Numbered from the stretch's first letter, positions 28,113 through 37,901 are shown. The stretch: 64,000 nucleotides of DNA from Candidatus Eiseniibacteriota bacterium (GCA_041483195.1 JBGPFC010000003.1:64001-128000); one strand, 5' to 3'. Notes: a model not told the origin generated them from the sequence alone. Numbers and translations: made by a program.

Positions 28113-29891
28113 TCAGCGGGCGATCTCGCCCCGCGACGCGGTCCGGCTCGCGATGAGCTCCTCGAGCTCGCCGAGCGATAGCGGCAGTCCGCCGCTGCGC
28201 GCGATGCGCAGCACGCCGGTCATGTCGGTGAGGCTGCCGAGATAGGTGTGGAACTGGCCCTGAAAGCTGAGCTCGACGGTGGCGGACCACGCGAGACCCC
28301 GGCGCCAGGCCTCGAGCGCGGCGATCGGGAACGGATAGAGCATCTCGGGCAGGAACGCGCGGTACTCGGGATGGAGCGCGACCCACTCGCGCAGCACCCC
28401 GTACTGGCTGCCCCACGCGATGATCCCGCGCGGCGCGTCATCCCGCCCGAGCGTGCGGAACCAGTCGCGCGTATCCTTCGCGATCGCGTCGAGCTTCACG
28501 AAGCGCTTGGTGTTCATCGCCTGGTGCGTGATGGTGTCGGCGGTCGGGTTGCCGTCGGCGGTGTGCTCGATGCCGGCCGCGAGATAGGTGCCGCCCGGCG
28601 TTCCCGGCACGCGGAACGGCGCGACCGCGTGGTCGCCGGTGAGCTGGAAACGCGCGGGCGTATCGCCATGCGCCCACACGCGGCGCGTCTCGGGCGGCGG
28701 CGGCGCGGCAGGCGGATCGAGCACCTGGCGCCGCTGCGCGATGTACGCGTCGGAGAGCACCAGCACCGGGAGCTGGTAGCGCTCCGCCAGCTGGAAGGCG
28801 CGATGCATCGCGCCGCGCGCGTGCGCAACGTCGAACACCCCGAGCACCGCGCGCGGAAAGTCGCCGTGCCCGGCGTACACCGCGTGGAACAGGTCCGACT
28901 GCTCGGTGCGGGACGGCATGCCGGTGGCGGGACCCGCGCGCTGGCAGTCCACGATCACGCATGGCAGCTCCGCCATGCTGGAGAGCCCCATCATCTCGGT
29001 CATCAGGGAGAGCCCGGGACCGCTGGTCGCCGTCATCGCGGGCACGCCGCCGAACGAGGCGCCCAGCACCATGCCCAGCGCCGCGATCTCGTCCTCGGCC
29101 TGCACCAGCCGCCCGCCCGCCGGCGGCAGCTCGTCGATCAGCGTCTCCATGATCTCGGAGGATGGCGTGATGGGATAGCCGGCGAAGAACTTGAGCCCGG
29201 CCTCGATCGCCCCGCGCGCGACCGCTTCGTTCCCGGTCTCGATCGCGAGCGAGCGCCCGTCGCCGACGAGCGCGGGGAGCCGCGGGGTGTCTTCCGCGGC
29301 GTGGGCGCGATCGAATGCCTCGAGATTGCGCGCGAGCATGCTCGCCCGGTGTCCGAAGCGCTGCTTCAGCAGGTCGCGCGCGAGCGCGGGATCCCAGCCG
29401 AGCGCCCGGAACAGCACTCCGAACGCGAGCATGTTCTTGGGCTCGCCCTCGACCTCTGCGCCTTCCTCCCACCGCGCGAACGGATAGCGGTGAGGCGGCG
29501 AGGGCGGGCCGCCCAGCCAATCGGGCGGCACTTCCTCGTCGTGCGCATCGAGCACCAGCAGGCTCCGATCGTGGAGCCGGAACGCGCCGCGGAACCGGCG
29601 CAGGTCGGTCGTGCGGAAACACAGCAGCAGATCGGCGTGCTCGCCCTCGTAGACCGTCTCCTGGCGCGCGATGCGCACCATCGCGGCGGATTCGCCGCCG
29701 CGGATCTGCGGCCCGTAGGACTGCACCATCATGCCGTAGAGCCCCTGTTTCGCCGCCGCCATCAGCAGCAGGTCGCCGAGCAGCGCGACGCCGTCGCCTC
29801 CGCTTCCGACCAGGGCGACGGCCAGCGAGTCGGTGACGGGCTGCGGCGTGACGACGGAGGTGGCGGTGCGGATCGACGGCTCGGGGCACAT
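28113..29891 (-). CDS. korA: 2-oxoacid:acceptor oxidoreductase alpha subunit with fused gamma domain (KorA-like); start may lie slightly downstream
   Basis: GSGGDG, YGPQIRGGES, FFAGYPITPSSEI, QAEDEIAA, TATSGPG, QRAGPATGMPS..EQSD. Confidence 0.93.
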   Translation of the reverse strand: MCPEPSIRTATSVVTPQPVTDSLAVALVGSGGDGVALLGDLLLMAAAKQGLYGMMVQSYGPQIRGGESAAMVRIARQETVYEGEHADLLLCFRTTDLRRFRGAFRLHDRSLLVLDAHDEEVPPDWLGGPPSPPHRYPFARWEEGAEVEGEPKNMLAFGVLFRALGWDPALARDLLKQRFGHRASMLARNLEAFDRAHAAEDTPRLPALVGDGRSLAIETGNEAVARGAIEAGLKFFAGYPITPSSEIMETLIDELPPAGGRLVQAEDEIAALGMVLGASFGGVPAMTATSGPGLSLMTEMMGLSSMAELPCVIVDCQRAGPATGMPSRTEQSDLFHAVYAGHGDFPRAVLGVFDVAHARGAMHRAFQLAERYQLPVLVLSDAYIAQRRQVLDPPAAPPPPETRRVWAHGDTPARFQLTGDHAVAPFRVPGTPGGTYLAAGIEHTADGNPTADTITHQAMNTKRFVKLDAIAKDTRDWFRTLGRDDAPRGIIAWGSQYGVLREWVALHPEYRAFLPEMLYPFPIAALEAWRRGLAWSATVELSFQGQFHTYLGSLTDMTGVLRIARSGGLPLSLGELEELIASRTASRGEIAR

Positions 29892-29895
29892 GGGG

Positions 29896-30768
29896 TCAGG
29901 CCTCCACGGAGGCGGCTTCCACCGGTTCGGGGTGCGGCGACTGTCCGACGCGATGCAGGATAACGCTTGGGCAGACGTCCACGCACACCTCGCCGCAGGC
30001 GGGGCCGTATGCGATACATGCGTCGTGGTCGATGAGAATGGTGCGCCCGTCGAAGGTGAGCGCGGTGGCCGGACACTTCGCGACGCACTTGCGGCACAAC
30101 GTGCAGCCCACCGAGCACGATGGCCGCACGATTCCGGTCTTGTCGCGCGCGACGCACGCCAGCTCGATGCGCCGGCTCCGCGGGTAGAGCGTGAACAGAT
30201 CCTTGGGGCAGACCGGCACGCACAGCGCGCAGCCGGTGCACTTCTCGGAGTCCACCTCGACGATCCCCGCGCCGCCCAGATGAAGCGCGTCGAACGGGCA
30301 GGCCCGCACGCAATCGCCGAGGCCGAGACATCCGTTCTTGCACGCCTTGGGCCCGCCGAACACGAGCGATGCCGCCGCGCAGGTCGAGACGCCGGCGTAT
30401 TGCGCCTCGTCTCGCGCGTAGGCCGAGAGCCCGTGGCAGCGCAGCACCACGACGCGGTCGAGCACGCTCCCCAGCTCCTTGCCGGTGAGCGCGGCCACCG
30501 CCTTCGCGACCGGGGCCCGCCCCGGCGCGCAGAGGTTGGGCGGCACGTCGGGCTTCTCGACGACGGCCTGGGCGTACGCCGGGCAGCCGGCGAAGCCGCA
30601 CGCTCCGCAGTTCGCCGCCGGCAGGCGCTCGCGAACGCGCTCGACCAGCGGGTTCACGGGCACCGCGAACTTGAGGGCGGCGGCCGCGAGCGCGAAGCCG
30701 AAGGCCACCCCCAGCACGGTGAAGACCGCCAGGCCCCAGAGCGCGACGCCGACCGCGGGATGTTCCAT
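29896..30768 (-). CDS. rnfB: Rnf complex subunit B (polyferredoxin)
   Basis: N-terminal TM helix; LPAANCGACGFAGC, CLGLGDCVRACPFDA, CTGCALCVPVCP, CVGCTLCRKCVAKCP. Confidence 0.93.
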   Translation of the reverse strand: MEHPAVGVALWGLAVFTVLGVAFGFALAAAALKFAVPVNPLVERVRERLPAANCGACGFAGCPAYAQAVVEKPDVPPNLCAPGRAPVAKAVAALTGKELGSVLDRVVVLRCHGLSAYARDEAQYAGVSTCAAASLVFGGPKACKNGCLGLGDCVRACPFDALHLGGAGIVEVDSEKCTGCALCVPVCPKDLFTLYPRSRRIELACVARDKTGIVRPSCSVGCTLCRKCVAKCPATALTFDGRTILIDHDACIAYGPACGEVCVDVCPSVILHRVGQSPHPEPVEAASVEA

Positions 30769-30777
30769 CGCGCGCCC

Positions 30778-31722
30778 CTAGCGGAAGAAGCTCAGGCCGG
30801 AGAAACCCATGAACGCGAGCGCGAACAGCCCGGCGAGCGCGAACGCGATCGGCAGGCCCTCGAAGCTCGCCGGCACGCGCGCCAACTCCATGCGCTCGCG
30901 CGCGCACGACATGAGGAACAGCGCGAGCGCGAAGCCTAAGCCTGAGCCCATCGCCAGCGCGAGCGACTCGAGCGGGCCGGCGTCGGCGGCGGCGTTCAGC
31001 AGCGGGACCGCGAGGATGATGCAGTTGGTGGTGATGAGCACCAGGTAGATGCCGAACTTCTCGTGAAGCGCGCGGTGCGTCTTCTTGAGCACGGTGTCGA
31101 GCAGCTGCACCAGGAACGCGACCACGCCGATGAACACCAGGATCTGGAGGAACTTGAGCTGCAGCGGCTTCATCACGAACTGGTACATCATCCACGAGAA
31201 CATGCCGGTGGTGATCATCACGAACGTGAACGTCGCGCCCATGCCGAGCGCCGTGTCGCGCTTCTTCGTCACGCCGAAGAAGATGCAGAGGCCGAGGTAG
31301 CGCGTGAACACGAAGTTGTTGATGAGCGCGGCCGAGAGCACGGCGCTGAACAGCAGCGCCCAGCGCGGAGGGCGCACCGCGCGGGCGAGCGGCGGCTCGG
31401 CGAGCTCGATGCGGTAGGAGCCCTCGGGGTCGAGCGGCTGTCCGACCACCAGCGTGACGACGTTGCCCGCCTCGACCCGCACCTCGCGCACCGGGATCGG
31501 CACGTCGGGCGCCGCGACCTCGGTGAAGCGGAAGTTGGCGGCGTCCGCGCGCTCGAGCGGCTGCGCGAACCGCAGGCGCACGAGGCCCTCGCGCTGAACG
31601 CGCGCGGCGCGGATCGCCTGCCCGGGGGCCGCGGCGTGAACGCGCGTCGCGGGGAACAGCAGCAGGAAGAACAGGAGCGCGATCCCCGCGCCGATCAGCG
31701 CGCGCTGCGACGACCTAGGCAT
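30778..31722 (-). CDS. rnfA: Rnf complex subunit A with an N-terminal signal peptide and Ig-like extension
   Basis: NNFVFTRYLGLC, ALGMG, GIYLVLITTNCIIL, RERM...VP..FEGLPIA; about 120 extra N-terminal residues. Confidence 0.92.
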   Translation of the reverse strand: MPRSSQRALIGAGIALLFFLLLFPATRVHAAAPGQAIRAARVQREGLVRLRFAQPLERADAANFRFTEVAAPDVPIPVREVRVEAGNVVTLVVGQPLDPEGSYRIELAEPPLARAVRPPRWALLFSAVLSAALINNFVFTRYLGLCIFFGVTKKRDTALGMGATFTFVMITTGMFSWMMYQFVMKPLQLKFLQILVFIGVVAFLVQLLDTVLKKTHRALHEKFGIYLVLITTNCIILAVPLLNAAADAGPLESLALAMGSGLGFALALFLMSCARERMELARVPASFEGLPIAFALAGLFALAFMGFSGLSFFR

Positions 31723-32377
31723 GGCTCCCCCCCGCGGCCCGCGCCCTCGCGCCCGCCGCTTCGGCGGCGCGGCGCTCCATCCAGTTGAAGAGCGCCATGA
31801 GCAGCGCGATCGAGAAGAACCCGCCGGCGGGGAGCGCGAAGAACAGCAGCGGCTTCCCGGGGGCGAGCGCGACCCCGAACAGCGAGCCGTTGCCCAGCAG
31901 CTCTCGCATCGCGCCGATCACGACCAGCGCGAACAGGAATCCGAGCCCCATGCCGAGCGCGTCCCACAGGGACGGGACGAGCGGGTAGCGCGACGCGAAC
32001 ACCTCGAGCCGCGAGATGATGATCGCGAACGCCACGATCAGCTTCACGTAGAGCCCGACCTGCGCGTAGAGCGTCGGCACGAAGGCCGCGAGCGACATGT
32101 CGATCGCGCTCACCCACACCGCGATGATGATGGTGTAGACCGGAATCCGCACCCGGGGATGGATGAAGCTCCGCGCGATGGCGACGGTCGCGCTCGAAAG
32201 CACCTGCACCAGCAGCACCGCGACGCCGAGGATGATGCCGTTCATCACCGTGGTGGTCACCGCGACCGCCGGACACAGGCTGAGCGCGAGGCGGAACACG
32301 GGATTCTCGGTGAAGATCCCGTTCAGGATCAGCTGCCGCGCCGGCGGGGGCCCGGGATCTTGCAGCGCCGCGCTCAC
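31715..32377 (-). CDS. rnfE: Rnf complex subunit E
   Basis: ENPVFRLALSLCPAVAVT, VRIPVY..IIA, RELLGNGS, LPAGGF; GTG at 32377. Confidence 0.92.
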   Translation of the reverse strand: MSAALQDPGPPPARQLILNGIFTENPVFRLALSLCPAVAVTTTVMNGIILGVAVLLVQVLSSATVAIARSFIHPRVRIPVYTIIIAVWVSAIDMSLAAFVPTLYAQVGLYVKLIVAFAIIISRLEVFASRYPLVPSLWDALGMGLGFLFALVVIGAMRELLGNGSLFGVALAPGKPLLFFALPAGGFFSIALLMALFNWMERRAAEAAGARARAAGGSHA

Positions 32378-33207
32378 GAGCCGGCTCCCAGCCAGGGTTC
32401 GAGCAGCGCCCAGCGCCGCCGGAAGTGATCCACCGTGGACTTGAGACCCTCGGTGAGCGCGCGGCTCGAGATGGTCGCGCCCGTCACCGCGTAGATCGGC
32501 CTCGCCCGCTCCCGCGCGATCAGGCCCGCCTGGCGCGCACGCCAGCTCTCGGCCGGAACGCGCGTGAGCTGCGCGAGCGCGGAGCGCCAGTCCTCGGGCA
32601 TGGGATCGCGCGTCACCGCGAGCGCTGCGATGTTCGCGGCGTCGCGCCCGATGAACTGGCCGCCGAAGACGCGGGTCGCGACCTCGGCGCCGAGCCCTGG
32701 ATCTTCCTCGTGCTCGACCACGCGCACCCCCGCGATCGAGAAGTCGCGGCCGATTCCCACCAGGAAGCGGATGCGGTTCTTGTAGCCGCGCGCGGTCCCC
32801 TCGACCACGAAGCCGAGCGGCAGGCCATCGCGGCTCGCGAGGAACAGGCGTCCGAGCGGGCGCGCCGCGCCCGCGGGGAGGACCGCCCCGCCCGCGCCCT
32901 CCTGCGCGACCAGCCGTCCGTCGAGCGCGAACACCAGGCGGCGCGCCGGCGCTCCCTCCGCGCCGAACGGGCGCGCCTCGTACACCACCTCGCCGCGATC
33001 CTCGGCCAGGAACTGCCGCACCTCGGTCACGCGGGCGGTCGAGTCCAGCCCGAGCAGCTCCACGATCGCGTTCCGCTCGCCCCGCGACTGGGCCGCTCGT
33101 GCGTAGCGCTCGGTTCCCACGTACACGCCGCCCAGCACCGCGGCGCCCAGCGCGCACACCACCGTCATCGAAGCGGTGATGCGCAGGGTCTCTTCGCGCG
33201 CGCTCAT
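32374..33207 (-). CDS. rnfG: Rnf complex subunit G (FMN-binding)
   Basis: N-terminal TM helix; GYKNRI, HEEDPGLG, AVTGATISSRA flavinylation motif. Confidence 0.9.
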   Translation of the reverse strand: MSAREETLRITASMTVVCALGAAVLGGVYVGTERYARAAQSRGERNAIVELLGLDSTARVTEVRQFLAEDRGEVVYEARPFGAEGAPARRLVFALDGRLVAQEGAGGAVLPAGAARPLGRLFLASRDGLPLGFVVEGTARGYKNRIRFLVGIGRDFSIAGVRVVEHEEDPGLGAEVATRVFGGQFIGRDAANIAALAVTRDPMPEDWRSALAQLTRVPAESWRARQAGLIARERARPIYAVTGATISSRALTEGLKSTVDHFRRRWALLEPWLGAGS

Positions 33208-34184
33208 GACGGACTCGCCGCGAGCGCCACGCGCCGCGGCCGGAACCAGAGGTTGAGCGCGGGCACCAGCGCGTTCGCGAGCAGGATCGCGTAGCAGATG
33301 CCCTCCGGATATCCGCCCCACAGCCGGATCACGCCGGTCAGCGCGCCGATCACGAGGCCGAACACGATCTGCCCGCCGCGGGTGCTGGGCGATGTGACGT
33401 AGTCGGTCGCCATGTAGAATGCGCCGAGCCACAGTCCGCCGCCGAGCAGATGCAGCAGCGGCGCGCCGCTGAACGCCGTGACCGCAGCGGTGCCGGCGAT
33501 CACGCTGATCGGGATCGTGAGCCCGATGATGCCGCGCATGACCAGGATCGCGGCGCCGGCGATCACGAGCACCACCGAGACCTCGCCGATCGAGCCCGGG
33601 CGGAATCCGAGCAGCAGCCCGCCCCACTGCGCTCCCGGTCCCGCGATCAGGCGCATCGCCTCGCGCACGCCGTGCTCCTTGAGCGCGCCGAGCGGCGTCG
33701 GGGTCGTGATCGCATCGAGCGCGTGCGCGAAGCCCGCGCGCGGCGCGGCCCACCCCGAGGTCATCGCGAGCGGGAAACTCGCCATCATGAAGGCGCGGCC
33801 CGCGAGCGCGGGATTGAACAGGTTGAAGCCGAGCCCGCCGAAGATGGTCTTCGCGACCAGGATCGCGAACGCAGCGCCCAGCGCGGCGGCCCACCACGGC
33901 AGCAGCGGCGGCAGCGTGAGCGCGAGCAGCAGTCCGGTGCAGGTCGCGCTGCCGTCGCGCAGCGTCGAGCGGCGGCGCAGCATGCGGCAGCCGAGCCACT
34001 CCGCGCCCAGCGCCCCCGCGATCGACGCAGCGACCACCAGCAGCGCGCGCGGTCCGAACACGAACCCGCCCCACAGCGTGGCCGGCAGCAGCGAGGCGTT
34101 CACCCACCACATGATGCTGGCGGTGCTCTCGGCCGAGCGCAGGTGCGGACCGGGCGTGATCACCAGCTGGCGCTGCGCGTTCAC
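33204..34184 (-). CDS. rnfD: Rnf complex subunit D
   Basis: DGSA.CTGLLLAL.LP, FGGLGFNLFNPAL.GR, DAITTPTPL (FMN threonine), GSIGE, MATDYVTSP, GGYPEG. Confidence 0.94.
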   Translation of the reverse strand: MNAQRQLVITPGPHLRSAESTASIMWWVNASLLPATLWGGFVFGPRALLVVAASIAGALGAEWLGCRMLRRRSTLRDGSATCTGLLLALTLPPLLPWWAAALGAAFAILVAKTIFGGLGFNLFNPALAGRAFMMASFPLAMTSGWAAPRAGFAHALDAITTPTPLGALKEHGVREAMRLIAGPGAQWGGLLLGFRPGSIGEVSVVLVIAGAAILVMRGIIGLTIPISVIAGTAAVTAFSGAPLLHLLGGGLWLGAFYMATDYVTSPSTRGGQIVFGLVIGALTGVIRLWGGYPEGICYAILLANALVPALNLWFRPRRVALAASPS

Positions 34185-35545
34185 GCGATCACCCGCAGCG
34201 CCGCGGAGCGCCGCAGCGCACCCTTGGCGACCTGCATGAACTGCACGAGCGGACGCCCGGCCGGGCACACGTAGGTGCAGCACCCGCACTCGTAGCAATC
34301 GATCGCGCCGAAGCGTTCGGTGTCGAGCGGCTTGCCGGCCTCGACGCGCACCGAGACCTGATCGGGCTCGAGGCCGAGCGGGCACGCCTCGAGACAGCGC
34401 CCGCACTGGATGCACGGACCGAAGCCCTCTTCGAATGGGCCGCGCCCGGTGAGCAGCAGCAGCCCGTTCATGCCCTTGATGACGGGCAGGTCGAGCCGCG
34501 GCAGCGCGCGCCCCATCATCGGGCCGCCGGCGATGATGCGCGTCGTGTCCTCGGTCGCGCCGCCGCAGGCCGCGACCACGTCTCCGAGCAGCGTGCCGAG
34601 CGGGACGCGCAGGTTGCGCGGCTCGCGGATGCCGGGACCGGACACCGTGAGGATGCGATCGAGCAGCGGGCGGCGGTAGCGCAGCGCGTCGTGGACCGCG
34701 GCCGCGGTCGCCACGTTCTGCACCAGCACCCCCACCGCGAGCGGCAGCGCCCGCGCCGGCACGCTGCGGCCGGTGAGCGATTCGACCAGCTGGCGCTCCG
34801 CGCCCTGCGGATAGCGCGCGTCGCACGGCACCACCATCGCCCGGATGGGGCTCTCCGGCGCCTCGCCGATCGCGGCCTCGAGCAGTCGAACGGCCTCTGG
34901 CTTGTCGGATTCGATCCCGATCAGCACGCGCTGCACGTGCAGCAGCCGCGCCATCGCGAGCGCGCCCTCCAGCACCTCGCGCGGGCGCTCCATCATGAGC
35001 CGGAAGTCGGAGGTCAGGTAGGGTTCGCACTCCGCGCCGTTGACGATGAGCGTGTCGATCTCGGTCCCGGGCGGCAGCGTGAGCTTGCGCCACGTCGGAA
35101 ACGCCGCGCCGCCGAGACCCACGATCCCGGCCTCTCGAATGCGCGCGATCGCCTCGTCCGGTTCGATCGTGCGCCACGCCGGATCTTCCTCGAACGGCAG
35201 CTCCTCCGTGCCCTCGCCGGTCTGCCGCGCGATGACGATCGCGGGCGCGAGCACCAGCGTCGGGTGCGGGTGCTTCTCGATGGGCTTCACCTTTCCGGAG
35301 ATGCTGGCGTGAATCGGGACGCCGGTCGCGCCGCCGTCCGCGATCTTCTGCCCGCGCCGCACGACGTCGCCCTTCTTGACGAGCGGCGTCGCGGGTTCGC
35401 CGAGATGCTGCTGCAGCGGGAGTCGCACTTCGGGCGGGGTGGGCAGGATCTCGATCGGACGCATCGCGGTCCCGCCCTTGTGCGGGTCGGGATGGATCCC
35501 CCCGCGGCCGAACGTGTGGAGCGCGCTGTCGAGCATGGCGCTCAT
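34181..35545 (-). CDS. rnfC: Rnf complex subunit C
   Basis: GGIHP, QHLG.PA, AGIVGLGGAAFPT, NGAECEPYLTSD, YPQGAE, GGPMMG, CIQCGRC..ACP, CYECGCC.YVCP. Confidence 0.95.
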   Translation of the reverse strand: MSAMLDSALHTFGRGGIHPDPHKGGTAMRPIEILPTPPEVRLPLQQHLGEPATPLVKKGDVVRRGQKIADGGATGVPIHASISGKVKPIEKHPHPTLVLAPAIVIARQTGEGTEELPFEEDPAWRTIEPDEAIARIREAGIVGLGGAAFPTWRKLTLPPGTEIDTLIVNGAECEPYLTSDFRLMMERPREVLEGALAMARLLHVQRVLIGIESDKPEAVRLLEAAIGEAPESPIRAMVVPCDARYPQGAERQLVESLTGRSVPARALPLAVGVLVQNVATAAAVHDALRYRRPLLDRILTVSGPGIREPRNLRVPLGTLLGDVVAACGGATEDTTRIIAGGPMMGRALPRLDLPVIKGMNGLLLLTGRGPFEEGFGPCIQCGRCLEACPLGLEPDQVSVRVEAGKPLDTERFGAIDCYECGCCTYVCPAGRPLVQFMQVAKGALRRSAALRVIA

Positions 35546-36561
35546 CCGACGAAGTGGACGGCGAGCGCGTGCGGCCAGCCGTCGAATCCCGATGGCCCGA
35601 GGAGGAACGCAGCTGTGGACATGACGTCCGACTCGACAGCGGTCAAGGCCATCGCGCTCGCGCTGAGATGGCCCGCGGCCGGACGCCCGCGCCGCGCGTC
35701 GAACAGGTGTCCGACGCGCACGCCGGAGAGAATGCGGAACTGCTCGGTGTTGCCGCTGGTCGCGACCGCGGCGTCGCGCAGCACGAACACGCGGTTCACG
35801 CGCCGCGTGACCGGATGGAGCACGCCGATCGACCACCCCTCCGCGCCCGGCTCCGGAACGCCGAGGCCGAACACGTTGCCGCCGATGTCCACGAGTCCGG
35901 AGCGGACGCCGCCCTCGCGCAGCGCCGCGACCGCGCGGTCCACCGCCCAGCCCTTGCCGATCGAGCCGAGATCGAGCCCCGCTCCCGCGCGCGCGAGCGA
36001 GAGCGTGCTGGCCTCGCGATCGATCGCGATCTGCGACCAGCCGGTGCGATCGAGCGCGCGGGAGACGGCGCGGTCCTCTGGCAGGCGCCCGTCGCCGCCC
36101 CCGTAGTATCCGTAGAGCCGCATAAGCGGCAGGATCGTGGGATCGTAGACCCCGCCGGAGCGCTCGGCGGCCGCGCACGCAATCGCGATGACCTCGAGCA
36201 CCTCTTCGTCCACGCGCGCCGCGCCGCGCCCCGCCGCGCGATTGACCGCGGCGAGCTGGCTGTCGCCGCGATGGACGCTCATCTGCCGGTCGACCCGGTC
36301 GATCGCCTGGAACGCGCGATCGATCGCGCGTTCCGCGCTCGCGCGATCGCGATCGCGGGCGACGATGCGAATCCAGGTGCCGAGCCCTGCGCGGCCGCGC
36401 TCGACCGACTCCGCGCGCGCCCCGCGCGCGCGGGAGACCAGCGGCGCGAGCGCCGAAGCCCCGGCGAGCGCGCCCAGCCCGGTGAGGAAACGCCGGCGGG
36501 TGAGCCCGGCGCCAGCGGTTCCATCCGGCAGAAGCCTATGTCTCGGATCCAATTCCGACAT
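35542..36561 (-). CDS. apbE: FAD:protein FMN transferase ApbE with a Tat-type signal
   Basis: LTRRRFL twin-arginine motif; YDPTI.PL, LDLGSIGKGWAVD, DIGGN, ATSG, GHLFD, SDVMSTAAF. Confidence 0.93.
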   Translation of the reverse strand: MSELDPRHRLLPDGTAGAGLTRRRFLTGLGALAGASALAPLVSRARGARAESVERGRAGLGTWIRIVARDRDRASAERAIDRAFQAIDRVDRQMSVHRGDSQLAAVNRAAGRGAARVDEEVLEVIAIACAAAERSGGVYDPTILPLMRLYGYYGGGDGRLPEDRAVSRALDRTGWSQIAIDREASTLSLARAGAGLDLGSIGKGWAVDRAVAALREGGVRSGLVDIGGNVFGLGVPEPGAEGWSIGVLHPVTRRVNRVFVLRDAAVATSGNTEQFRILSGVRVGHLFDARRGRPAAGHLSASAMALTAVESDVMSTAAFLLGPSGFDGWPHALAVHFVG

Positions 36562-36631
36562 GGACCCCCCCGTTCGAAACGTGGTCGGCCGGGCGTGACA
36601 TGAATGCCGCCTGGCGATGCCGCGGAAACCT

Positions 36632-36646
36632 TGCATGATTCATGCA
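36632..36646. promoter_or_regulatory. Perfect palindrome in the divergent rnf/por promoter region
   Basis: TGCATGA-T-TCATGCA, AT-rich, centred in the 147-nt gap between apbE and the ferredoxin gene. Confidence 0.45.
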
Positions 36647-36708
36647 CGAGAAATCCCCCGACGGGTCGAGGGGAGCGAATCGAGCGGCGTCCATGAAAGG
36701 GGGCATCC

Positions 36709-36918
36709 GTGGCACAAGTGCCTGAGTTCTTTGTAGAACCCGACCTCTGCACCGAATGCGGAGACTGCATCAAGGCCATGCCCATGGCCTTCCGCAAGGT
36801 CGAAGACGAGGAGCTCGCCGAGGTCTACAACGCGGAACTCGATGAAGCGCACCTGCCAAAGCTGGAGAAGATCATGTCAGAATGTCCGGGACACGCCATC
36901 CTGTGGCGCAAGAAGTGA
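36709..36918 (+). CDS. Monocluster [4Fe-4S] ferredoxin
   Basis: CTECGDC plus distal ECPGHAI; acidic, 69 aa; AAAGGGGG RBS-like sequence before the GTG. Confidence 0.88.
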   Translation: MAQVPEFFVEPDLCTECGDCIKAMPMAFRKVEDEELAEVYNAELDEAHLPKLEKIMSECPGHAILWRKK

Positions 36919-36926
36919 CGGGAACC

Positions 36927-37901
36927 ATGGACTCGATCGACCCCCAGGAGCTGCTCGCGACCGGCTCGCTCGAGCTGCGCGGGGACGGCAAGGCGGGTGG
37001 CGGGCTGGTGCTCGCGTTTCAGAGTCTCGCCGGGCTCATGCTCGCCGATCCCGATCTGCACGTTCAGGAGTGGCCGTTCTTCAGTTCGGCGCGGCGCGGC
37101 GCCGGCATCCGTTCGTTCATGCGCGTCAGCCGCCGCCCGATCACGGCGGCGTGCGAGGTCACGCGCCCATCGCTGGTGCTGTTGATGGACGAGGCCGCCG
37201 CCCGCTCGGTGGACTTCGCCGAGGGCGTGCCGCCCGGCGGCACGTTCGTGCTCAATACCCGCCGCAGCCCCGAGGAATGCGCGCACCACTTCCGCCTCTC
37301 GGGCCGCGTGTTCACGATCGCCGGCGACGACATCGGGCTGCGGCACCTGAAGGCCCCGATCGGAAACGTCTCGGCCTACGTCGCGGTCGCGAGCGCGATC
37401 GGCGGCTTCGCGTTCGAGCGGGTGATCGCCTCGTTCGTCAAGACGCTCGAGAAACGCCGCATCCCGGATGCTTTGATCGCGCGTAACCGCGAGGCGCTCG
37501 CCGCGAGCCGCGAGGCGATGCGGAGCGGCGTGTTCGGCTGCGCGCAAGCCGGCGATCACCGCGCGGCTCCGTTCGCCGGCTACGGCGAGCTGCCGATCGG
37601 CGGGCAGACCGCGCTGCGACTCTCGCGGACCAATCGCACCGCCGACTACGCGCGCAGCGGCTTCCGGCTGCGTTTCGAGGACCCGGGCACGGCGTGCACC
37701 GGCTGCGCGCACTGCATCACCAATTGCCCGGAGGGCATCATCCGCTGGAAGCCCGACCCCGAGCGCGAGCTGCTGGTGACCGGCGTGGACGTGAGCAGCT
37801 TCTGCAAGCTGTGCGGCGAGTGCATCGCGATCTGTCCCGAGAAGCTGTTCAAGGAAGCGCCGTACGAAGAAGCATGGAAGGAGGAGGCGGTCTCGTCATG
37901 A
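36927..37901 (+). CDS. porC: Por/Vor-type 2-oxoacid:ferredoxin oxidoreductase, gamma-delta fusion
   Basis: ELRGDGKAGGG and PFFSSARRGA gamma motifs; C-terminal CTGCAHCITNCP and CKLCGECIAICP (delta). Confidence 0.82.
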   Translation: MDSIDPQELLATGSLELRGDGKAGGGLVLAFQSLAGLMLADPDLHVQEWPFFSSARRGAGIRSFMRVSRRPITAACEVTRPSLVLLMDEAAARSVDFAEGVPPGGTFVLNTRRSPEECAHHFRLSGRVFTIAGDDIGLRHLKAPIGNVSAYVAVASAIGGFAFERVIASFVKTLEKRRIPDALIARNREALAASREAMRSGVFGCAQAGDHRAAPFAGYGELPIGGQTALRLSRTNRTADYARSGFRLRFEDPGTACTGCAHCITNCPEGIIRWKPDPERELLVTGVDVSSFCKLCGECIAICPEKLFKEAPYEEAWKEEAVSS

